DNA of 64,000 nucleotides from Acidobacteriota bacterium (GTDB lineage Bacteria > Acidobacteriota > UBA6911), in NCBI GenBank assembly GCA_012719455.1, contig JAAYAJ010000022.1, forward strand, positions 21,713 through 85,712, in the 5' to 3' direction. The position numbers and the translations under genes were made by a program. The first letter of the stretch is position 1. Each line of letters begins with the position of its first letter. Below the pieces are notes generated by a model, which saw nothing but the letters and a program-made list of their open reading frames with translations, searched no databases and had not been told where the DNA came from. Below, one piece after another: positions 1-10,187 of this stretch.

Positions 1-90
1 CGGGGTCGCCGGGCGCTGACGGCTCCCCGGCCGGAGGGGCATGCTCCCGGGAATGCAATAGCGTATCGGATCGTCTTCGAAAGGGGCGTT

Positions 91-3000
91 ATGAAGCTGC
101 GCGGAATACTCCTCCTCCTTGCGTGCGTATCGGCCTGCGCGACGGCCCATTCCCAGGACCGGCCGGCCGTGGTCGAGGCCTTCAGCCCGGAAGGGTTCGT
201 GAAAAACGTCCGCCAGGTGCGGGTGCGGTTTTCCGAGCCCATGGCCCCCATGGGGGACCCGCGCGACCGGGTCGAACCTTTCGTCATTGAAGCTCCCGTC
301 GCCGGGACGGGGAAGTGGGAGGGTCCGTCGGACTGGGTCTACGACTTCGAAAAGGACCTCCCCGGGGGAGTTCGTGCGACCTTCACGCTCCGGCCGGGGC
401 TCCAGGCTCTCGACGGACGGCCGGCAGGGGGACGAAGGGTCTTCTCGCTGCACACCGGCGGCCCCGCCATCCGGGAGTCGCGGCCCTGGGAGGGGAATTC
501 CGGGATCGACGAGGAACAGGTCTTTGTTTTGAGCCTCGACTGCGTCCCAGACGAGGCCTCCGTTCTCAAATCGGTTCATTTCCGGGTCGCCGGAATCGGG
601 GAGCGGGTGGGGGTACGGGTGCTTGCGGGGGCGGAGCGGGCCAAAGTGCTCGAGGCGGTGCGCAGCCCGCGCGCCACCGCCGACGCTCCGCTCCTCCTGC
701 TCCAAGCCCGGCGGCGCTTTCCCAACGAGGCCAGGGTGGAACTGGTCTGGGGGCGCGGGGTGCGTTCGGCCTCCGGGCTGACGAACGATGCGGACCGGGT
801 CCTGCGGTTTCGGGTGCGCCCGGCATTCCGCGCCAGCGTGGAATGCCGGCGCGTCAACGCCGACGCCCCCTGTATCCCGATGACGCCCCTGCGCCTGGAG
901 TTCACCTCTTACGTGGCCTGGGCCTCGGTCCGGCAGGCGGTGCTCGAGGAGCCGGGGGGGAAGACCCATTCCCCGGTGAGGCAGGAATACGACCGGGGGT
1001 CGGACCATGTCAAGGCGGTCCTTTTCAACGGCCCCTTTCCGGAAAAATCCACCTTGCGCCTCGTCCTCCCTCCGGCGCTCAAGGACGACGCCGGGCGGCC
1101 GCTCGAAAACCAGGGGCGTTTCCCCCTGGAGATCCCCGTGGACGAATATCCCCCGCTGGTCAAGTTCGCGGCCGATTTCGGGATCCTGGAACGAAGCTCC
1201 CCCATTCTCCCCGTCACCGTCCGGAACGTGGAGCCGACGGTGGCCGGATCGCTCCTGGAGGTGAAGGAGGGGAGCATTGACCCCGCGGAGGTGCTCGACC
1301 CGGAGAGGGGGCGCAGGATCATCAACCCGGACCAGGCCCGGGAGGCCGGGGCGATGGAGACCCGGATCCTCCGGATCGCGCCCGACCGCCCGAACCAGAT
1401 CCGGCTCTGGATGAAGAAGCTGTCCGACCGTTCCGGTTACGGGGAGAAGCGGGGCGAACCGCTCCTGCCCGCCGACGGGCCGGCAACGCTCGCCCTCCCC
1501 AGGCTCGAAGGGGCGCGGAGCTTCGAAGTGATGGGCATCCCGCTCGGGAAGCCCGGTTTCTATATCGTCGAAATCCGGAGCGAACTGCTGGGCGCGGCGC
1601 TGCTGGGGCAGCCGCGCCCCATGTATGTTTCCACGGCCGCGCTGGTGACCAACCTGGGTGTTCATTTCAAGTGGGGGGCCGAGTCTTCGCTCGTCTGGGT
1701 GACGGCGCTCGATGATGCCCGGCCGGTCGCGGGCGCCGAAGTGGAAGTGCGCGCTTGCGCCGGCGAGGTACTGTGGCATGGGAAGACCGACGCCGACGGC
1801 GTCGCCCGGCCCACGGGGCTGCCGAAGCGGGAGGAGTTCGAGGACTGCCTGTACGGCCGGCTGGGGAGCGGCCTGATGGTCACCGCGCAGACGGCGGATG
1901 ACCTGTCCTTCGTTTTTTCCAGCTGGGAGGACGGGATAGAGCCATGGCGCTTCAACCTGGGGGGATATTTTTACGGCGACCCGTCGATATCGGCCCACAC
2001 GGTGCTCGACCGGCCCCTCTTCCGGGTGGGGGATACGGTGCACATGAAGCACTTCCTCCGCAGGCAGGTGCTCGAGGGCCTGGCGTTGCCGGGCGAATTC
2101 CCCGCGAAGCTCGAGATCGAGCATCTCGGCAGCGAAAGGAAATACGAGATCGAACTCCGGTGGCGGCCCGACGGAACGGCTGAAAGCGCCTGGACCGTCC
2201 CCTTCGGCGCCAGCCTGGGGACCTATCAGCTCTCCATGCCCTTTCCCCGCGCGGATGTTCGGGGGCGGCGTCTCCATACCGGTACCCTCCGCATCGAGGA
2301 ATTCCGCCTCCCGGTCATGCGGGCGTCCATCCATCCCCCGGCGGAATCCCCCGTGGCCCCGGCGAGCCTCCCCCTCGGGCTGCAGGTTTCCTATCTCTCC
2401 GGGGGCGCCGCTTCCGGGCTCGCGGTCAAATTCCGCCACCAGGTCCAGGATTTCTTCCATCGGGCGCCCGAAGGGTTTGACGACTTCGTCTTCGCCAACG
2501 GCGCCGTCCGCGAGGGGATCACCCGCACCTCGTCCGGCGGTTACGGGGAGAGCGCCGACAGGCTCCCCGTACTGGAGAGCCGGGAGCTCGTGCTCGACAA
2601 AACCGGGAACGCCCGGGTCGACATTCCGGACATCCCGGGCATCGACCGCCCCAGGGCGATTCTCGCCGAACTGGAGTATCCCGATCCCGCCGGAGAGATC
2701 CAGACTGTTTCCCGCCGGATTCCGATCTACCCTTCCCGGTGGCTCGTGGGAGTGCGGCCCGACGGCTGGGTGGGGTCGCGCGGGAAACTGAGGATCGGGG
2801 CGGCCGTCATCGACATCCAGGGGAAGCCGGTCGCCGGCGCGCCCGTGGAGATGGACCTCTTCACCCGGAAATACTACTCCCATCGCAGCCGCCTCGTCGG
2901 GGGCTTCTACGGCTACGAATCGGTGGTCGAGACGAAAAAGGAAGGACCGTTCTGCAGCGGGGTCACCGACGGGCGGGGCATGCTCCTGTGCGAGGCAGCT

Positions 3001-5772
3001 TCCCCTGTCGATGGGAACGTGATCCTCGTGGCCCGCACCCGGGATCCCGAGGGAAACCGGAGTGAAGCCAACCGGGAGGTGTGGGTGGCGGGGAGTGAGG
3101 GGTGGTGGTTCGACGTATCGAAGGACGACCGGATGGACTTGCTCCCGGAAAAGACCCGCTACGAGCCGGGAGAGACCGCCCGTTTCCAGGTGCGCATGCC
3201 GTTTCGGGAGGCGACGGTGCTGGTGGCGGTCGAAAGGGAGGGGGTGTCGGACATCCATGTCCGGAAACTGACCGCGCGGGAGCCGGTGGTGGAGGTGCCG
3301 ATCCTGCCCCACTACGCCCCGAATATCTACGTTTCGGTGCTCGCGGTGCGCGGGCGGAGCGGGGAGACGCAGCCGACGGCGATGGTGGACCTGGGCCGGC
3401 CCGCCTACAAGCTGGGGATCGCCGAAGTCGAGGTCGGCTGGCAGGGGCACGAGCTGAACGTCGAAGTGGAGACACCCGGGGACGTCTACCAGGTCCGGGA
3501 GAAGGTGCCGGCGACCATCCGCGTCCGGCGGGCCGATGACGGCCGCCCGGCAGCCGGCGGGGAGGTGGCGGTGGCGGCCGTGGACGAAGCCCTGCTCGAG
3601 CTCCTGCCCAACGGGAGCTGGGACCTGCTCGGCGCCATGATGGGACGGAGGGCCTACTCGGTCGCAAATTCCACTTCGCAGATGCACGTCGTTGGGAAAC
3701 GCCACTTCGGTTTGAAGGCGGTGCCCACGGGGGGCGGCGGTGGGCGCGAGCTTACGCGCGAGCTCTTCGACACCCTCCTGCTGTGGCGTGGGCGGGTGCC
3801 CCTCGATGCAAACGGGGAAGCCCGTATCGACATCCCGCTCAACGATTCCCTCACCAGCTTCCGCATCGTCGCCGTCGCCCATTCGGGCTCCGGCCGCTTC
3901 GGCAGCGGCTCCCGCTCGGTGCGCTCCACCCAGGACCTGATGGTGATTTCCGGGGTGCCCCCCGTGGTTCGGCAGGGGGACCGCTTCACCGCTTCCTTCA
4001 CGGTACGCAACCATACGGCGTCGCCCATGTCGGTGGAGGCGCGGCTCAGGGCGCCGAAACTGGGGCGGGATCTCCCGGTGCGGCGGCTTGCGCTGCCGGC
4101 GGACGAAGCCGGGGTCGTAAGCTGGGAGGTCGCGGTTCCTTCCGACGGCACAGAGCTGGTTTACCGGGTCGAGGTCGACGCCTCCTCCGGGCAACGGGAC
4201 CGGCTCGAGATCCGGCAGAAGGTCCTGGCCCATCCGCCCGTGAAGCCGTGGCAGGCCGTCCTGTTGCAGCTCGACGGGAAGGAACGGGTCGAGGTGGAGA
4301 GGCCGGCGGGCGCCGTCCCCGGGCGGGGAGGGGTCCAGGTCCAGCTGCACCCCCGGATCGCCGGCGGTCTCCCCGGCGTCCTGGACTACATGAAGAACTA
4401 CCCCTATTCCTGCCTGGAGCAGGAAGCGTCGCGCGCCGTCAGCCTCAGGGACAGGGCGCGCTGGGATTTCATCATGGACCGGCTCCCGGCATACCTGGAC
4501 GGGCGCGGCCTGCTGAAATATTTCCCCTCCACCCAGTGGGGAAACGTGGCCCTGACGGCCTACGTCCTGAGCCTGAGCGACGAGGCCGGCTATGCCGTCC
4601 CGGCGCCCCTGCACGGGCAATTGATCGCGGGGCTGCGCTCGTTTCTCGACGGCGAGATGGCCGGCGCGGACGCCTGGAGCGGGAGGGACCTCGACATCCA
4701 CAAGCTCCTGGCGCTGGAGGCGCTCTCCCGCTATGGAATCCCGGTCGAGGACTGGGTGAAGACCCTCAGGATCGACCCCAATTCCTGGCCCACTTCAGCT
4801 CTCATCGACTGGCGCGACATCCTCCGGCGGCAACCGGGTCTTCCGGACGCGGCCCGGCGCGCGGCCGAGGTCGAGCAGATCCTGGGCGCCCGGCTCGATG
4901 TGCGCGGCACGACGCTCACTTTTTCCACCGAGGCGGGCGATGCGCGCTGGTGGCTGATGACGGACGGGGACTCGAATGCCAACCGCCTGATCCTGTCGGC
5001 GCTCGAATCCCCCTCCTGGCAGGGGGACCTGCCGCGGCTCGTACGCGGTTCGCTCGCGCGCCAGCGGCGCGGAAGGTGGCAGACGACGGTGGCCAACGCC
5101 TGGGGCGTGCTGGCGCTGGAGAAATTCTCCCGGCGCTTCGAGAGCGGGCGGGTGGCGGGTACGAGCAGGGTGCGGCTGGACGCCGGGGAATACGATTGGG
5201 ACTGGACGAAAACGCCCGAAGGGGAGACCAGGCTGCTTCCGTGGCCGGAAGGGAAGGGGAGGGTCGAACTGGAGCACGCGGGGGGCGGAAAGCCGTGGGC
5301 CGTGGTCACTTCCACGGCGGCGATCCCGCTCGAAGCCCCTTTTGACAACGGGTACCGGGTCAGGAAAACCTACCAGCCGGTGGTGCAGAAGGTAAAAGGG
5401 AGCTGGAGCCGCGGCGACATCGTGCGCGTGCGTCTCGAGTGCGAGGCCCAGTCCGACATGGGATGGGTGGTGGTCGAAGATCCGATCCCGGGCGGCGCCG
5501 CCATCCTGGGGCGCGGGCTGGGGGGCGATTCCCGGCTGGCGACCCGGGGAGAAGATCGGAGGGGGTGGGCCTGGCTCGCTTACGAGGAACGGTCCCAGGA
5601 GGCGTTCCGCGCCTATTACGAATATGTCCCGAAGGGGGTGTGGGTGGTGGAGTACACGGTGCGCTTCAACAACCCCGGGTCCTTCAACCTTCCCCCCACG
5701 CGCGTGGAGGCGATCTACGCGCCCGGGATGCTGGGGGAAAGTCCGAACGGGGCGATCACCGTGCTGCCCTGA
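91..5772 (+). CDS. Alpha-2-macroglobulin family lipoprotein (bacterial A2M, ECAM/YfhM-like), 1893 aa
   Basis: N-terminal lipoprotein signal with lipobox LLAC. Thioester motif CLEQ in 'NYPYSCLEQEASRA' (nt 4411-4422). Size and MG-domain-like repetitive beta-rich sequence. Immediately followed by pbpC, the canonical pairing. Confidence 0.85.
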   Translation: MKLRGILLLLACVSACATAHSQDRPAVVEAFSPEGFVKNVRQVRVRFSEPMAPMGDPRDRVEPFVIEAPVAGTGKWEGPSDWVYDFEKDLPGGVRATFTLRPGLQALDGRPAGGRRVFSLHTGGPAIRESRPWEGNSGIDEEQVFVLSLDCVPDEASVLKSVHFRVAGIGERVGVRVLAGAERAKVLEAVRSPRATADAPLLLLQARRRFPNEARVELVWGRGVRSASGLTNDADRVLRFRVRPAFRASVECRRVNADAPCIPMTPLRLEFTSYVAWASVRQAVLEEPGGKTHSPVRQEYDRGSDHVKAVLFNGPFPEKSTLRLVLPPALKDDAGRPLENQGRFPLEIPVDEYPPLVKFAADFGILERSSPILPVTVRNVEPTVAGSLLEVKEGSIDPAEVLDPERGRRIINPDQAREAGAMETRILRIAPDRPNQIRLWMKKLSDRSGYGEKRGEPLLPADGPATLALPRLEGARSFEVMGIPLGKPGFYIVEIRSELLGAALLGQPRPMYVSTAALVTNLGVHFKWGAESSLVWVTALDDARPVAGAEVEVRACAGEVLWHGKTDADGVARPTGLPKREEFEDCLYGRLGSGLMVTAQTADDLSFVFSSWEDGIEPWRFNLGGYFYGDPSISAHTVLDRPLFRVGDTVHMKHFLRRQVLEGLALPGEFPAKLEIEHLGSERKYEIELRWRPDGTAESAWTVPFGASLGTYQLSMPFPRADVRGRRLHTGTLRIEEFRLPVMRASIHPPAESPVAPASLPLGLQVSYLSGGAASGLAVKFRHQVQDFFHRAPEGFDDFVFANGAVREGITRTSSGGYGESADRLPVLESRELVLDKTGNARVDIPDIPGIDRPRAILAELEYPDPAGEIQTVSRRIPIYPSRWLVGVRPDGWVGSRGKLRIGAAVIDIQGKPVAGAPVEMDLFTRKYYSHRSRLVGGFYGYESVVETKKEGPFCSGVTDGRGMLLCEAASPVDGNVILVARTRDPEGNRSEANREVWVAGSEGWWFDVSKDDRMDLLPEKTRYEPGETARFQVRMPFREATVLVAVEREGVSDIHVRKLTAREPVVEVPILPHYAPNIYVSVLAVRGRSGETQPTAMVDLGRPAYKLGIAEVEVGWQGHELNVEVETPGDVYQVREKVPATIRVRRADDGRPAAGGEVAVAAVDEALLELLPNGSWDLLGAMMGRRAYSVANSTSQMHVVGKRHFGLKAVPTGGGGGRELTRELFDTLLLWRGRVPLDANGEARIDIPLNDSLTSFRIVAVAHSGSGRFGSGSRSVRSTQDLMVISGVPPVVRQGDRFTASFTVRNHTASPMSVEARLRAPKLGRDLPVRRLALPADEAGVVSWEVAVPSDGTELVYRVEVDASSGQRDRLEIRQKVLAHPPVKPWQAVLLQLDGKERVEVERPAGAVPGRGGVQVQLHPRIAGGLPGVLDYMKNYPYSCLEQEASRAVSLRDRARWDFIMDRLPAYLDGRGLLKYFPSTQWGNVALTAYVLSLSDEAGYAVPAPLHGQLIAGLRSFLDGEMAGADAWSGRDLDIHKLLALEALSRYGIPVEDWVKTLRIDPNSWPTSALIDWRDILRRQPGLPDAARRAAEVEQILGARLDVRGTTLTFSTEAGDARWWLMTDGDSNANRLILSALESPSWQGDLPRLVRGSLARQRRGRWQTTVANAWGVLALEKFSRRFESGRVAGTSRVRLDAGEYDWDWTKTPEGETRLLPWPEGKGRVELEHAGGGKPWAVVTSTAAIPLEAPFDNGYRVRKTYQPVVQKVKGSWSRGDIVRVRLECEAQSDMGWVVVEDPIPGGAAILGRGLGGDSRLATRGEDRRGWAWLAYEERSQEAFRAYYEYVPKGVWVVEYTVRFNNPGSFNLPPTRVEAIYAPGMLGESPNGAITVLP

Positions 5773-5792
5773 GCCGAAGGAAGGGGACCGGC

Positions 5793-7973
5793 ATGAAGAG
5801 TGTCATCGCGGGCCGCCCCAGGAAGGTTCTGCCTGCCTGCCTGCTCCTCTGCCTGGCGGCTCTGGCTGCCGTTTTGATCGCCCGCGCCTGCCGGGACGTC
5901 GGCCCGGACCTCCCGAGCGCGGAGGAGGTGCGCGCCCGCTACATGTCGAGCGAAGGGGTCCTGCTCGACCGCCACGGCGTGGAGCTCGATCGGGTCCGCC
6001 TCTCCTACGAGGGGCGCCGGGCCGAATGGACCCCTCTCGCGATGATGTCTCCGGCGCTGCTGGAGGCCGTCGTCGAGGCCGAAGACCGCCGTTTTTACGT
6101 GCATGGGGGGGTCGACTGGCGCGCGGTGCTTGCCGCCGCGGCCCGGAGCGCAGGTGCGGGGCCGCGGCGCGGCGCCAGTACCATCACGATGCAGCTGGTC
6201 TCCTTCCTCCTCCCCGGATCGGTCCCCCGGGCGACGGGGCGCACCCTCGGGCAGAAGTTCAAACAGATGCGCCTGGCACGGAAGCTGGAGCGGGAATGGA
6301 AGAAGGGTGAAATCCTCGAGGCGTACCTGAACCTGGTCCCCTTCCGGGGGGAACTGGAAGGGATCACGGCCGCCACGCTGGGAATCTTCGGCAAGGCGCC
6401 CCACGGTGTCGTTCCGGCCGAAGCCGCTATCCTCGCCGCGTTGATCCGCGCGCCGAACGCCCCGGCGGCGAAAGTCGCCGAGCGCGCGGCGGCGCTGGGC
6501 CGCAATCTCGGCTGGGGGCTTTCCGCCGTGGACCTGGAGGGGCGTTGCAGGGAAGCCTTCCGGCAGGCCCATCTCCTTCCGCCCGGGAGTCACTGGGCCC
6601 CCCACGTCGCGCGGCTCCTCTTCGCGGGCCGCGGCGGCGTCGTTCCGGAAACGGGGGGCGGTGCGATCCGCTGCACCCTGGACGGGGCGCTGCAGCGGCG
6701 CGTGAGCGCAGCGCTCGGGCGGCACCTGGCGGAGCTGGCCCCGCGCAACGTCAGGGACGGTGCGGTGCTCGTCGTCGACAACGCGAGCGGCGAAGTCCTG
6801 GCCTATGTCGGCAGCGGGGGGGATTTTTCCAGCGCCCGCCACGTCGACGGCGTCCGTGCTTTCCGACAGGCGGGGTCGTCGCTGAAGCCATTTCTCTACG
6901 CCCTCGCGATCGACCGGCGCCTGATCACGGCGGCCTCCCTGCTCGAGGACTCTCCGCTCGAGATCGCCCAGGCGGGAGGGGGGATGTACCGGCCGGAGAA
7001 TTACGATCGCCGTTTTCACGGGGCGGTCACCGCCCGCATCGCGCTGGCTTCCTCCATCAACATTCCTGCCGTCCGCGTCATCGAACTCACCGGCGTCGAG
7101 CCTTTCCTGGACAAGCTCGAGGGGATGGAGTTCGGCGGTCTGCGCCGGGCGGACTATTACGGCCATTCGCTGGCGCTGGGGTCGGCCGACATCTCGCTCT
7201 GGGACCTGACGAACGCCTACCGCACCCTGGCCGCGGGCGGCGTGTGGACTTCGCTGTGCTTGGAGCCGGGCGGGGGCTGTGCCGGGGGGGCGCGGAGGGT
7301 TTTCGGTGCGCCGGCGGCCTATGTCATCGGCGACATCCTGTCCGACCGGGAGAGCCGCAGCTACGCCTTCGGGCTCGACAGCCCGCTCGCCACCCCTTTC
7401 TGGGCGGCGGTCAAGACCGGCACCAGCAAGGACATGCGCGACAACTGGTGCGTCGGGTACTCGGGCCGCCATACCGTCGGCGTCTGGATGGGGAATTTCA
7501 CCGGCGAACCGATGTGGAACGTCCTGGGGGTCACCGGGGCGGCCCCGCTTTGGGCGGAGATCATGCACCTCCTCTGCCGGGAAGACGCGGACGCTCCCCC
7601 CGAAGCGCCTCCGGGCCTGGTCGCCCGGATGACCGCGCTGCCCGCCCTGGGCATCACGAGGCGGGAATGGTTTCTCGCCGGGACGGAGATGGAGGTTGTG
7701 GAGGCGCCCGCCTTGGGGGGGAAGATCCTCGCGCCGGCCGACGGGGAGATCATCGCCTGGGACCCCGATATCCCGGCCGGCCGGCAGAAGCTCTTTTTCG
7801 AGGCGCAGGCGGCGGAGGGCCTCCACTGGGAACTGGACGGCAAGGCCATGGGGGACGCCGGGAACCTGGTCTTCTGGACCCCGGCCCCGGGCGTGCACAC
7901 GCTCCTGCTGCGCAGCGCCGACGGGGAAACGGTCGACCAGGTCCGGTTCACCGTCCGGGGCGGGCCGGACTGA
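5793..7973 (+). CDS. pbpC: Penicillin-binding protein 1C (transglycosylase + transpeptidase)
   Basis: Internal ATG 21 nt after the A2M stop, with a purine-rich RBS. TM anchor MKSVIAGRPRKVLPACLLLCLAALAAV. GT51 motifs (RFYVHGGVDW, GASTITMQL, RKLEREWKKGEILEAYLN). Transpeptidase motifs SSLKPF (SxxK), SIN, KTGTS. The ORF track's 5439 start is an upstream extension overlapping the A2M gene. Confidence 0.85.
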   Translation: MKSVIAGRPRKVLPACLLLCLAALAAVLIARACRDVGPDLPSAEEVRARYMSSEGVLLDRHGVELDRVRLSYEGRRAEWTPLAMMSPALLEAVVEAEDRRFYVHGGVDWRAVLAAAARSAGAGPRRGASTITMQLVSFLLPGSVPRATGRTLGQKFKQMRLARKLEREWKKGEILEAYLNLVPFRGELEGITAATLGIFGKAPHGVVPAEAAILAALIRAPNAPAAKVAERAAALGRNLGWGLSAVDLEGRCREAFRQAHLLPPGSHWAPHVARLLFAGRGGVVPETGGGAIRCTLDGALQRRVSAALGRHLAELAPRNVRDGAVLVVDNASGEVLAYVGSGGDFSSARHVDGVRAFRQAGSSLKPFLYALAIDRRLITAASLLEDSPLEIAQAGGGMYRPENYDRRFHGAVTARIALASSINIPAVRVIELTGVEPFLDKLEGMEFGGLRRADYYGHSLALGSADISLWDLTNAYRTLAAGGVWTSLCLEPGGGCAGGARRVFGAPAAYVIGDILSDRESRSYAFGLDSPLATPFWAAVKTGTSKDMRDNWCVGYSGRHTVGVWMGNFTGEPMWNVLGVTGAAPLWAEIMHLLCREDADAPPEAPPGLVARMTALPALGITRREWFLAGTEMEVVEAPALGGKILAPADGEIIAWDPDIPAGRQKLFFEAQAAEGLHWELDGKAMGDAGNLVFWTPAPGVHTLLLRSADGETVDQVRFTVRGGPD

Positions 7974-8014
7974 ACCGGCACGCCCCCTTGGAACAAATCA
8001 TCGGCTGGCGGCCG

Positions 8015-8743
8015 CTAACGGCCGCCGAAGACCTTCTGTTGGGCCGTGAGGGTTTTCAACTGCCGGTCTACGACCTTCTGGGCCCGGTTGGCTACATCCG
8101 CCTGGCTCGAAGCCACCTTTTTCTGCATTTCGAGCGTCGCCCGCTCGAGGTCGATCAAGACGTTGGCCGCGCGGGCGGTCTTGGGCCCGCTGACGTTGAT
8201 GTCCGACTGCTCCCCGCGCTTGACCGCCAGCTGCCGCTCCAGGTCGAACGCCTGCTTCATGCGCGAGGCCAGTTCAGCTCGCTTCCGGGCCAGGTCGATT
8301 TCGGCGGCCCGGAGTGATTCCCGCTCCTCGTGCAGGCGCTTGTCGCGCTCCAGGGCCTTCCTTTCCGATTCGAGGAGGAGTACCTCGGACTGGTTTTTGG
8401 CGTTCTTGGCCGCCTTCATTTTGTCCTTGTTGGCCGACAGCATTTGTTTCTTTTCGTCGATCCTCGATTTCGAGGCGGAACGCCCGGCTTGGGCCACCCG
8501 TTCCGCCTCGGTCGCGGCGATTTCAAGCTGGCTGGCCATTTCGATGTCGCGGTCGATCTCGCCCAGGTCCCGGGGCTGAATCAGCATGAGGAATCGGTCC
8601 TGGGCCGGGGAAACCACCACGGGCGTTGTCTCCGCGGATGCGGCTCCGGGCGGCAGCAGCTGTGCGGCGGCCGGCATGGTAAGGGTGGCGGCAAAAGCCA
8701 ATGCCGGAATCAACAGTCGGAGAATACGGTTTGAGGTCTCCAT
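8015..8743 (-). CDS. Secreted coiled-coil protein, unknown function (Skp/OmpH-like character is speculative)
   Basis: Signal peptide (…LIPALAFAATLTMPAAAQ) followed by about 200 aa of K/E/R/Q/A-rich heptad-like sequence. Lies directly downstream of htpX on the same strand. Confidence 0.5.
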   Translation of the reverse strand: METSNRILRLLIPALAFAATLTMPAAAQLLPPGAASAETTPVVVSPAQDRFLMLIQPRDLGEIDRDIEMASQLEIAATEAERVAQAGRSASKSRIDEKKQMLSANKDKMKAAKNAKNQSEVLLLESERKALERDKRLHEERESLRAAEIDLARKRAELASRMKQAFDLERQLAVKRGEQSDINVSGPKTARAANVLIDLERATLEMQKKVASSQADVANRAQKVVDRQLKTLTAQQKVFGGR

Positions 8744-8843
8744 AGAGTGTGCTCCCTGTCTCGAAAAAGGGGACGCATGCCCCCGAATACATTTCTGACC
8801 GGCAAAGGTTACACCTTGCCCCCCAGATCCGTCCAGTCCACCC

Positions 8844-9728
8844 TTAGAGGGTACGCCGGAGGGCTTCGATGCGCTCCTCGAGCGGGGGATGGGTCATGAA
8901 CAGGCGCCGGATTCCGCCGGCCCCTTTTCCCGAAATCCCGAAGGCGGCCATCTGGTCGGGGAGCGCGGCCCGGTCCGAGGAACGCCGGAGCTTCTCCAGG
9001 GCGGCGATCATCGGCTCGCGCCCGCAGATGCGGGCGGACCCGGCGTCGGCCCGGAATTCGCGCCGGCGGCTGAAATAGAAGACGACGATGCTGGCCAGCA
9101 GTCCGAAGACGAGTTGGGCGACTATGGAAGTGATGTAGGCGGCGGGTCCGTGGTCGCGCTCGTTCTTCAGCACCAGGCGGTCGACCAGGTGCCCGATGAC
9201 GCGGGAGGCGGCGATGACGAAGGTGTTGAGGACTCCCTGGATCAGGGCCAGCGTCACCATGTCGCCGTTGGCCACGTGGCTGATCTCGTGACCGAGCACC
9301 GCCTCGACCTCTTCGCGGTTCATCAAGCGGAGCAGGCCCGTGCTCACTGCCACCAGGGCCGAATCACGCTGCATACCTGTGGCGAAGGCGTTCGGCTCGG
9401 GGGAGTCGAAAACGGCCACCTCGGGCATCCCGATGCCCGCCTGCTCCGACTGGCGTCGAACCGTCTCGAACAGCCAGGCCTCGGTTTCGCTGCGGGGGGA
9501 GGTGATGACCCGGGCCCCCATCATGCGCTTGGCGGTCCATTTCGACATGGCCAGCGACACGAACGATCCCCCCATGCCGAACAGGGCGGCGAAGATCAGC
9601 AGGCTCGTCACGTCGATCCCGACCCCCTGTTCATCCAGGATGCGGCCCACTCCGAAGAGGCTCAGCACCACGCCAAGCACCAGGACGACGGCGATGTTGG
9701 TTGCCAGGAACAACATTACTCTCTTCAT
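8844..9728 (-). CDS. htpX: Zinc metalloprotease HtpX (M48 family)
   Basis: HEISH (HExxH) zinc motif. N-terminal and central TM helices. Overall typical HtpX sequence (…[12 protein letters not shown]…, C-terminal [11 protein letters not shown]). Confidence 0.85.
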   Translation of the reverse strand: MKRVMLFLATNIAVVLVLGVVLSLFGVGRILDEQGVGIDVTSLLIFAALFGMGGSFVSLAMSKWTAKRMMGARVITSPRSETEAWLFETVRRQSEQAGIGMPEVAVFDSPEPNAFATGMQRDSALVAVSTGLLRLMNREEVEAVLGHEISHVANGDMVTLALIQGVLNTFVIAASRVIGHLVDRLVLKNERDHGPAAYITSIVAQLVFGLLASIVVFYFSRRREFRADAGSARICGREPMIAALEKLRRSSDRAALPDQMAAFGISGKGAGGIRRLFMTHPPLEERIEALRRTL

Positions 9729-10003
9729 GCGACTCTGCCTCCAATGCGGGATCCGCCCGCCGATCTATTAAAAATACCAGACCCTCCGCTCTTTTTTAAG
9801 ACGCCGGACGGGGTCGGAGGTTCCATTACTATGCCCGCCGCCGCAAGCATCATGGGGCGGAAGCGCCCGCCGCCGGCGTCCACCTTCGACTTCACCCTTT
9901 CGGATGTGCCGGAACAGGGCCCGCTTGGTTGCCCGGCGGCACTTTCCCCTTTCCCGCGCCCGCGAGTCCCGGTATCATCTGACATTTTTCGATCGGCGGG
10001 GAT

Positions 10004-10187
10004 TATGGGTGATTTGCGGTCATTCTTTTTCCGGACGGCGGTCATGTTCTGGGCTCTCCTGGGTCTTTCTGCGGCAGCGCCTGCGCAGGGAACGGAAAAG
10101 ATCGAGGTGCTCGAGAGCGAGGTGGCCGCGCTCCGCCCCGATCCCCGCTACCCGCACGATCCCTTCATCTTTGTGCTTGCCTATTGA
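10004..10187 (+). CDS. Hypothetical small secreted peptide (about 47-61 aa; alternative start at 10046)
   Basis: Short ORF MGDLRSFFFRTAVMFWALLGLSAAAPAQG|TEKIEVLESEVAALRPDPRYPHDPFIFVLAY with a plausible signal peptide. It sits in the 480-nt gap between htpX and the TonB-dependent receptor. No family recognised. Confidence 0.2.

Noticed and set aside
5715-7898. 727-aa minus-strand ORF
   Set aside because: Antisense to pbpC, which has complete GT51 and transpeptidase motifs. Composition-driven open frame.
9944-9978. 9-mer CCGGTATCA occurring twice in the window (about 9966 and 29773)
   Set aside because: Two occurrences of a 9-mer are only mildly above chance expectation (about 0.3). Only the second forms an inverted repeat.
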